Source: Tagaea sp. CACIAM 22H2 (GTDB lineage Bacteria > Pseudomonadota > Alphaproteobacteria > CACIAM-22H2). Taken from it: a DNA stretch of 64,000 nucleotides. The DNA is taken from the NCBI GenBank assembly GCA_014444615.1, contig PVXE01000018.1, positions 246 through 64,245 on the forward strand, in the 5' to 3' direction. Shown here in pieces: positions 57,363-64,000 of this stretch; position 1 is the first letter of the stretch, and every line of letters starts with the position of its first letter. The position numbers and the translations under genes were made by a program. The notes below the pieces were generated by a model. It did not search any database. It had not been told where the DNA came from and saw only the letters and a program-made list of their open reading frames with translations.

Positions 57363-58216
57363 TGCGACATCAGCACCGGTACGGTCATGTGGTCGAGCAC
57401 GTCGCGCGTGGCGCCGCCGAAGATCGCTTCGCGCGCGCGGCTATGCCCATAGGCGCCCATCACCAGGAAATCGGCGCCGAGATCGGCCAAGCGGCTGAGC
57501 AGCGCGTCGCCCACCGACAGATCGCCCGAATAGGTCGTCGTCGCCTCCGCCGCCACGCCGTGACGCGCGAGATGCAGCGCGATATCCGCACCGGGCAGGC
57601 GCTTGGCGGCACCGTCGGGGTCGATCGACAAGATCGAGACCTTCTCCGCCGCGCGCAGCAGCGGCAACGCGTCGGCGATGGCGCGCGCGGCTTCGCGCGT
57701 GTTGTTCCAAGCACAGACGACATGTTTCGTGGTGCCCGCGAAGTTCCCGGCGTTGGGAACGAAAATCACCGGACGCCCGGCGGTCAGTACCAGCGCCTCG
57801 CCCAAGGCGGCCACGTCGGGCGGCAATTGGCCGTCCGGCTGCGGGACGACGATCGCGTCGGCATGACGGGCGTGGTTCAGCGCCACGTCCTCGGCGAAGC
57901 CCCAAGCCTCGCGATACTCGATCTCCACGCCTTCGGCGGCGGCGGCCTTGGCGACCGCGTCGCGCACCTTGGCGGCTTCCTCGCGCACCTGATCGCGGAA
58001 CGCTTCCATGATCGAATGACCCGCCATCGCGCGGGCGGAGGACGGCAGCACCGGCTCGGTCAGCGCATGGATCGCGGCCAGATGCGCGCCTTGCCGCTTG
58101 GCGAAGCGCGCGGCGAAAGCCAAACGCAGCGCGATATCGGGACCCGCCTCGGCGAAAACCACCAGATCGCGGAAGCCGGCGGTTTGGGACGGGGACGGAT
58201 TGCGCGACGGGGTCAT
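57359..58216 (-). CDS. Universal stress protein (tandem USP domains)
   Basis: AWNNTREAARA, VMGAYGHSR and FGGATR...PVLMSH. Confidence 0.93.
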   Translation of the reverse strand: MTPSRNPSPSQTAGFRDLVVFAEAGPDIALRLAFAARFAKRQGAHLAAIHALTEPVLPSSARAMAGHSIMEAFRDQVREEAAKVRDAVAKAAAAEGVEIEYREAWGFAEDVALNHARHADAIVVPQPDGQLPPDVAALGEALVLTAGRPVIFVPNAGNFAGTTKHVVCAWNNTREAARAIADALPLLRAAEKVSILSIDPDGAAKRLPGADIALHLARHGVAAEATTTYSGDLSVGDALLSRLADLGADFLVMGAYGHSRAREAIFGGATRDVLDHMTVPVLMSH

Positions 58217-58275
58217 GACGTTGATCTCCTTGTCTGGTTCGCGATTGAACCTGACGCAAAGCGCCGTCCCGCGCT

Positions 58276-58289
58276 TTGATATGGCTCAA
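58276..58289. promoter_or_regulatory. FNR/FixK box upstream of usp
   Basis: TTGAT-ATGG-CTCAA, 9 of 10 consensus positions. Confidence 0.75.
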
Positions 58290-58349
58290 CCGGCTTTCCA
58301 AGCCCCCCGGAATGGGGTAGCAAACGCCTGTTTCGATTGGAGAAAGCAT

Positions 58350-59774
58350 ATGATCGCCGCCGCCCCTTCCCGTCTGGTTCCGGTAATCCTGTCCGGGGGT
58401 GCGGGCACGCGGCTGTGGCCCTTGTCGCGCGAGACCTATCCCAAGCAGCTTCTGGCGCTGGCGGGCACACGCAGCCTGATCCAAGACACGGCCGCGCGTT
58501 GCGGCGGCGAAAGCTTCGGCGCGCCCATCATCGTGTGCAACGAGGAGCATCGCTTCGCCATCGCCGAGCAATTGCGCCAGATCGGCATCGCCCCGCGCGC
58601 GATGATTCTCGAACCCGTCGGGCGCAACACGGCCCCCGCCGCCGCGGCCGCCGCCGCGTTGCTGGAGCCGGGCGAGATCATGATGCTGCTGCCCTCCGAC
58701 CACGCGATTTCCGACGTCGCTTCGTTCGCCAAAGCCGCGGCGAAAGCGGCGGCAGGCGCGCGTGCCGGCAAGCTCGTGACCTTCGGCATCGAACCCGAAC
58801 GTCCCGAAACCGGCTACGGCTATATCAAGCGCGGGGCCGCACTGCCCGGCCTCGACGGCGCCTATGCGGTCGAGCGTTTCGTCGAGAAGCCCGATCTCGA
58901 CACCGCGAAGAAATATCTCGCCGAAGGCGGTTGGGCGTGGAACTCCGGCATGTTCATGCTGCCCGCCGCGATCTTCCTGGCGGAGACCGAGAAATTCGAG
59001 CCCGCCATCGCGCGCGCCGCGAAGGACGCCGTCGCCAAGGCCAAGCGCGATCTCGATTTCGTGCGCTTGGACAAGGACGCTTTCGCCGCCGCCCCGTCGA
59101 AATCGATCGACTACGCGGTGATGGAGCGCACGAGCCTTGCGGCCGTCGTGCCCGCATCGATGGGCTGGTCCGACGTGGGCGCGTGGGACGCGCTGTGGGA
59201 TTTGGGCACGCGCGACGCCGACGGCAACGTCGTGCGCGGCGACGTGATCGCCGAGGATACGCATAATTCGTATCTGCGCACCGAAGGCCGCTTGCTCGCG
59301 ACCATCGGCGTCGACGATCTGATCGTCGTCGACACGCGCGACGCGACGCTCGTGGCGCGCAAGGACAAGGCGCAGCACGTCAAGCGCATCGTCGACCGCT
59401 TGAAGGCGGCCGGGCGCAGCGAGGCGAGCCTGCACACCGAAGTGCATCGCCCCTGGGGCAGCTACCAGACGATCGATCTGGGCCCGCGTTTCCAGGTGAA
59501 GCGCCTGTCGGTGAAGCCCGGCGCCAAAATCTCGCTGCAAAAACACGCCCAGCGCGCCGAGCATTGGGTCGTCGTGCAAGGGATCGCGCGCGTGACCCGC
59601 GACGAGGACGTGTTGACGCTGCGCGAGAACATGTCCGCCTACATCCCCGTCGGCTGCGTCCACCGACTGGAAAATCCCGGCACGGAAATGCTGCACATCG
59701 TCGAGGTCCAGTCGGGTTCCTATCTGGGCGAGGACGATATCGTGCGCCTCGAAGATTCCTACGGGCGCAAGTGA
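58350..59774 (+). CDS. manC: Mannose-1-phosphate guanylyltransferase / mannose-6-phosphate isomerase
   Basis: ILSGGAGTRLWPLSR, EPVGRNTA, SIDYAVME and cupin RPWG...EHW. Confidence 0.95.
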   Translation: MIAAAPSRLVPVILSGGAGTRLWPLSRETYPKQLLALAGTRSLIQDTAARCGGESFGAPIIVCNEEHRFAIAEQLRQIGIAPRAMILEPVGRNTAPAAAAAAALLEPGEIMMLLPSDHAISDVASFAKAAAKAAAGARAGKLVTFGIEPERPETGYGYIKRGAALPGLDGAYAVERFVEKPDLDTAKKYLAEGGWAWNSGMFMLPAAIFLAETEKFEPAIARAAKDAVAKAKRDLDFVRLDKDAFAAAPSKSIDYAVMERTSLAAVVPASMGWSDVGAWDALWDLGTRDADGNVVRGDVIAEDTHNSYLRTEGRLLATIGVDDLIVVDTRDATLVARKDKAQHVKRIVDRLKAAGRSEASLHTEVHRPWGSYQTIDLGPRFQVKRLSVKPGAKISLQKHAQRAEHWVVVQGIARVTRDEDVLTLRENMSAYIPVGCVHRLENPGTEMLHIVEVQSGSYLGEDDIVRLEDSYGRK

Positions 59775-60994
59775 TGACCGATCCGATCAGCATCAATGCC
59801 GCCGATGTCGCCGCTGCGGCCGCGCGCATTCAAGGCCAGGTTCTGCGCACGCCGACCTTGCGCTCGGCGACATTGTCCGCCGTCACCGGCGCGGATGTGC
59901 GCATCAAATTCGAGAACCACCAATACGTCGCTTCGTTCAAGGAACGCGGCGCGCTCAATAAACTGCTGCTGCTTTCGCCCCAGGAACGCCAGCGCGGCGT
60001 GATCGCCATGTCGGCGGGCAACCACGCGCAAGCGGTCGCCTATCACGCCAAGCGTTTGGGCATCGCCGCGACGATCGTGATGCCCAAGGCGACGCCCTTC
60101 ACCAAGGTCGCGCGCACGCGCGATCATGGCGCACGCGTGATTCTGGAAGGCGACGCGCTGACCGAGGCCGCCGCCTTCGCGCGCGATCTGGCGGCGAAGG
60201 AAAATCTCGTCTTCGTCCATCCCTACGACGATCCGGCGATCATGGCGGGCCAAGGCACGCTGGCGCTGGAAATGCTCGCCGATTTCCCCGATCTCGACAC
60301 GCTGGTGATTCCCATCGGCGGCGGCGGAATGATTTCGGGTTGCGCCGTCGCGGCCAAGTCGATCAATCCGGCGATCGAAATCGTGGGCGTCGAGGTCGAG
60401 GCTTTCGCCTCCGCAGCACAGCGCAAAGCCGGCGAGAAGGTCCATACCGGCGGCACGACGATCGCCGAAGGCATCGCGGTCGCCGATGTTGGCGCGCAAT
60501 GCTGGCCGGTCATCGACAGAATGGTGCGCGATGTCGTCGTGGTCGACGAGCTCGACGTCGAGCGCGCCATCGTGCTGCTGATCGAAATCGAAAAGACCGT
60601 CGCCGAAGGTGCCGGTGCGGCGGGTCTTGCCGCGTTGCTCGCCCATCCCGAGCGATTCAAGGGCCGTAAAGTCGGCCTCGTCCTGTGCGGCGGCAATATC
60701 GACACGCGCGTCTTGTCGAGCGTGCTGCTGCGCGGCTTGGCGCGCGACGGGCGCTTGCTGCGTTTGTCGATCGAGATTCCCGACCGGCCCGGCGCGCTCG
60801 CCGATTTGGCGGGGCGCATCGGCAAGGCGGGCGGCAATATCGTCGAGGTCGAGCACCAGCGCACCTTCACCGAACGCTCGGCGCGCGCGGTGACGGTCGA
60901 AGCGACGATCGAGGTCGTCGATCGCGCCCACGGCGACAAGCTTGTCGGCGAGTTGGAAAGCGCCGGTTTGACCGTACGGCGCGGCGCCGCCTGA
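59774..60994 (+). CDS. ilvA: Threonine ammonia-lyase (single ACT domain type)
   Basis: SFKERGA, SAGNHAQ, PIGGGG, CGGNID and DRPG ACT domain. Confidence 0.9.
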   Translation: MTDPISINAADVAAAAARIQGQVLRTPTLRSATLSAVTGADVRIKFENHQYVASFKERGALNKLLLLSPQERQRGVIAMSAGNHAQAVAYHAKRLGIAATIVMPKATPFTKVARTRDHGARVILEGDALTEAAAFARDLAAKENLVFVHPYDDPAIMAGQGTLALEMLADFPDLDTLVIPIGGGGMISGCAVAAKSINPAIEIVGVEVEAFASAAQRKAGEKVHTGGTTIAEGIAVADVGAQCWPVIDRMVRDVVVVDELDVERAIVLLIEIEKTVAEGAGAAGLAALLAHPERFKGRKVGLVLCGGNIDTRVLSSVLLRGLARDGRLLRLSIEIPDRPGALADLAGRIGKAGGNIVEVEHQRTFTERSARAVTVEATIEVVDRAHGDKLVGELESAGLTVRRGAA

Positions 60995-61001
60995 AAATTC
61001 T

Positions 61002-61490
61002 CTATTGCTGCGGCGGCAGGTCGGCGAGTTCCTTCACCCGCTCGCCCCATTCGGTTTCGAGCGATGCTTGGCGGCGCTGCAATTGGCGCAAGCGCGCCTG
61101 CGCGCGGTTCTCGTAGATGATGTTCGCGACGATCGGGAACAGCCAGCACAAGCCCCAGGCGAATACGGCCGCACCATAGACCGACAGCCACGCGAAAGCG
61201 TTGCCGAGAATCTCGCGCCCGCCGGTGCGGCCCATCGACGCGAACCCGTCGAGCAAGAAGGGCAGCATCGCGCCCATGCTCATCGTGCCCACGGCGATGG
61301 CATCGTGCTTCTGGCGCGTGGGATCGACGACCGCGGCGGCGAGCGTGGGCAGGAATCCGGCCACGACGAACAGGCACAGCCACGGCACGTTATAGGCGAG
61401 CCACGCGACGATGGCGATGACGCCCGTACCCGCCATGGCGAGCGTCATGGCGCTCGGGCCCTTCTTCGCGGATTTCGGTTGCTTGGCCAT
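61002..61490 (-). CDS. Hypothetical membrane protein (partner of the upstream pseudokinase)
   Basis: MAKQPK start 2 nt after the kinase-like stop; several TM helices and a C-terminal charged helix ending LETEWG. Confidence 0.8.
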   Translation of the reverse strand: MAKQPKSAKKGPSAMTLAMAGTGVIAIVAWLAYNVPWLCLFVVAGFLPTLAAAVVDPTRQKHDAIAVGTMSMGAMLPFLLDGFASMGRTGGREILGNAFAWLSVYGAAVFAWGLCWLFPIVANIIYENRAQARLRQLQRRQASLETEWGERVKELADLPPQQ

Positions 61491-61492
61491 GG

Positions 61493-63544
61493 TCAGAAAA
61501 GAATCCGCCAAATGATGGAGCCGATCCCGACGACGCCCGAAAGCGACGCGGAGGTGAGCGCCGCCGTTTCCTTGCCCGCGAGCATCGCGGCATGCGCGCG
61601 TTGCTTCGCCCCGCCGCGAATCTCGACCATCTCCGCCCCCGCCGCGACATAGGCTTCCTTGGCGGCGTCGAAGCCCCAATGATCGACCTCGCGCATTTTC
61701 TCGTTGTCGACGAGTTCGAGCAGCGCCTTGAGATTTCCTTCTTCGGCGACTTGGTTCAGCCGTTCGATCTGCGACTGGCGCAGCGGCAAATGGTTGATCC
61801 CGTCGACATAGCCGCGCACCAGCGTGGCGCACCACGCGGTCAAACGCGGCACCATCGGCGGGCCGAAGCGCTCTTGCAGGTCGGAGAGCATGCGCAAGAT
61901 CGACATGCCGCCGGCGAGATCGACCTGCTCGGGATTCATCAGCACGCGAATCTGCGCCGGGTCCGCACCCGCATGGACCGCAAGAAAGGCCGCAATGTGC
62001 CGGTCGATCGGCTTGTGGCCGGAACCCGCGGCAGCTTCCAGCGCCTCTAGCACCTGATCCGGTTCGGACACCCACATGCCCGCCGCAAGTTCGGAGAAGC
62101 ACGGCAGATTGGGATTGAGTTCGTAGAGCACGCGTTCGATGCCGTTGCCGGGGGCCGGATCTTCGATCCATTTGCCCAGGCGTTCGACGAAGCCCGCCGG
62201 CGGCAGGCCGCGCCCGCCCGCCGATTTATGCAGCATCGTCCACAAGCCGATCACGCGGCTGCGGATCAGATCGGCGAAAATCGGCCCGCCGCCGGGCTTG
62301 CGCATGGCCACGGCAATGGCAGTGCCCAGACCGTCGACATGGACGCTATGACCGCGAAAGCGGATTGGCGCCAGCGGATCGAGCACGATCGACGCGCGCG
62401 CCACCGTCAGCGCATCGGAATAGGTCGGGTTGGGATCGCCGCTGGGCTCGCGCACCGCCGCGTTCAAGCGATCGTGCAGCTTCTGATCGCCCAGTGTATT
62501 GCGCACCCACATCGCGATATTGCCGTTGCGCAATTCGGCCGCCGCCGCTTCCCAACGCCGGCCGAGCCCGTGCGCCAGATCGCGCGGCGTTTTGTATTCG
62601 CGACCGCCGAAGCGATAGCCCTTGGCCGCACGCAAGACGAGCGGTGCGGAGGGATTGACCTGCTGGCGCTTGCCGTCGAGGAAGCCTTTCAGCATTTCCA
62701 GCGTCCAGCGGTCCTGTTCCCAATCGTTGGTCAGGCCGCGCAGCACTTCCATCACCTGCGGCGCGATCTTGGTGAGATCGGCGAGCGAGTCGAACGTGCC
62801 GCGATCCACGCGCCGCGCGAATTGCTCGTCCACGTCGATGCCCTGGCCCGGCATGAAACCTTGCGCGAAGGCGAGCAGCGTCATGCCCAGCGCGAACATA
62901 TCGTCCTCGCGCGTGCCCGAGCCGCGCGCGTCGGGATCGGCCATCGCGCGTTCGATGGGTTCCAACGGGGCGGGCTGTTCGAATCCGCCGGGCACGTGGA
63001 AAGACGGGCCCAGCACGATGCGCGTGCGCGCTTCGTCGAGCCAGAAGAGATTCGTCGGCCGGATGCCGCGATGGGTGACGTTGCGGTGGAACAGCTCGCC
63101 CAGCGCGTTGGCGAGCGGCAGCAAGAAATGGCTGAGGAGGCGCGGGGCCGGCCACTCGTCGCGCGGGCCGTTGCCGCGCCACAGCGGCCCGCCTTCGGGC
63201 AGATCGTAGATGAACGCCAAGCGCCGCGCCGAAGCGCCCGGCCAGTCGACCAGACCGAATTCGTAAAGCCGCAGCAGGCCGGGCCGTTCGACGCCTTTGA
63301 TGTTCTTGGCCATCTCCAGCCGCGGCGGAATCTCCTGGCTGCAGATCAGCGCCACACGCTGGCCGATCGTGTCGCGTTCGTCGACCGCCAGATAGGCGCG
63401 CACGCTGGCGGTCGACATTTCGGGAATGGGCGACGACGGATAGATCTTGAACCGGCCCGCGAGCGAAACGGACGTGCCGGACGGCCCCTTGGCGGGGCCA
63501 CCCTTTTCGTCGTCGTCGTCGCGTTGATTGGCCGGTTCGGCCAT
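61493..63544 (-). CDS. Ser/Thr protein kinase-fold protein, probable pseudokinase, with C-terminal membrane anchor
   Basis: THRGIRPTNLF catalytic-loop-like segment, DDMFALG subdomain IX, DRW subdomain XI; lacks the VAIK Lys, HRD Asp and DFG. Confidence 0.8.
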   Translation of the reverse strand: MAEPANQRDDDDEKGGPAKGPSGTSVSLAGRFKIYPSSPIPEMSTASVRAYLAVDERDTIGQRVALICSQEIPPRLEMAKNIKGVERPGLLRLYEFGLVDWPGASARRLAFIYDLPEGGPLWRGNGPRDEWPAPRLLSHFLLPLANALGELFHRNVTHRGIRPTNLFWLDEARTRIVLGPSFHVPGGFEQPAPLEPIERAMADPDARGSGTREDDMFALGMTLLAFAQGFMPGQGIDVDEQFARRVDRGTFDSLADLTKIAPQVMEVLRGLTNDWEQDRWTLEMLKGFLDGKRQQVNPSAPLVLRAAKGYRFGGREYKTPRDLAHGLGRRWEAAAAELRNGNIAMWVRNTLGDQKLHDRLNAAVREPSGDPNPTYSDALTVARASIVLDPLAPIRFRGHSVHVDGLGTAIAVAMRKPGGGPIFADLIRSRVIGLWTMLHKSAGGRGLPPAGFVERLGKWIEDPAPGNGIERVLYELNPNLPCFSELAAGMWVSEPDQVLEALEAAAGSGHKPIDRHIAAFLAVHAGADPAQIRVLMNPEQVDLAGGMSILRMLSDLQERFGPPMVPRLTAWCATLVRGYVDGINHLPLRQSQIERLNQVAEEGNLKALLELVDNEKMREVDHWGFDAAKEAYVAAGAEMVEIRGGAKQRAHAAMLAGKETAALTSASLSGVVGIGSIIWRILF

Positions 63545-63634
63545 AGGCCGCCCTCCGCGTTTGCCCGGATCGATCTCCCGAATTTAAGCCGTGTTTGTCG
63601 AAAACTGGTTAACGAACCGATTTAACCAACGAAA

Positions 63635-64000
63635 TCAATCGGCAAACGGGTCCTCGACCAGGATCGTGTCGTTGCGTTCGGGGCTGGTGGACAGCAACGC
63701 GACGCGCGCGCCGATCAATTCTTCGATCCGCACGATGTATTTGACCGCCGCCGCCGGCAGATCGGCCCAGCTGCGCGCACCTTGCGTCGATTCCTTCCAG
63801 CCCGGCAGCGTCTCGTAGATGGGCGCGGCCTGCGCCTGCAGATGCTGGGCGGCAGGCAAACGGTCGTAGCGCTTGCCGCCGATATCGTAGGCGACGCAGA
63901 CCTTGATCTCGTCGAGCCCGTCGAGCACGTCGAGCTTGGTGAGCGCGATGCCGCGAATGCCGCCGGTGCGCACGGTCTGGCGCACCAGCACCGCGTCGAA
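63635..64000 (-). CDS. purA: Adenylosuccinate synthetase, C-terminal part
   Basis: [16 protein letters not shown] and LSTSPER. Confidence 0.96.
   Translation of the reverse strand, partial: FDAVLVRQTVRTGGIRGIALTKLDVLDGLDEIKVCVAYDIGGKRYDRLPAAQHLQAQAAPIYETLPGWKESTQGARSWADLPAAAVKYIVRIEELIGARVALLSTSPERNDTILVEDPFAD

Overview
GC-rich alphaproteobacterial (Rhodospirillales-like, inferred from gene content and promoter motifs) chromosomal window. The left 2.8 kb is accessory: the 5' end of an IS3-family element and an AT-richer integrative element (RHH-like membrane-anchored protein, excisionase-like HTH, tyrosine integrase) inserted at tRNA-Pro(CGG). The rest is densely packed, mostly metabolic DNA: a sigma54-driven lytic transglycosylase, phoX, the 2-aminoethylphosphonate pathway phnW-phnA-phnY with LysR, hemN, a sulfur module (tusA, yeeE, fccAB), four ABC systems (three incomplete), a sugar-acid catabolic cluster with a frameshifted dgoK, fhs, a lone flagellin with a Caulobacter-type promoter, pyrE, usp, manC, ilvA, a pseudokinase plus membrane-protein pair, and the 3' end of purA. 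The most interesting leads are a 58-aa CxxxC/CxxxC protein under a perfect FNR box that sits back to back with a CcdA lacking both redox cysteines, the membrane-anchored RHH protein beside an array of degenerate TAGGNCCAA repeats, a Pho-box-controlled ABC transporter of unknown substrate, and the pseudokinase pair. All calls come from reading motifs by eye; no searches were run.
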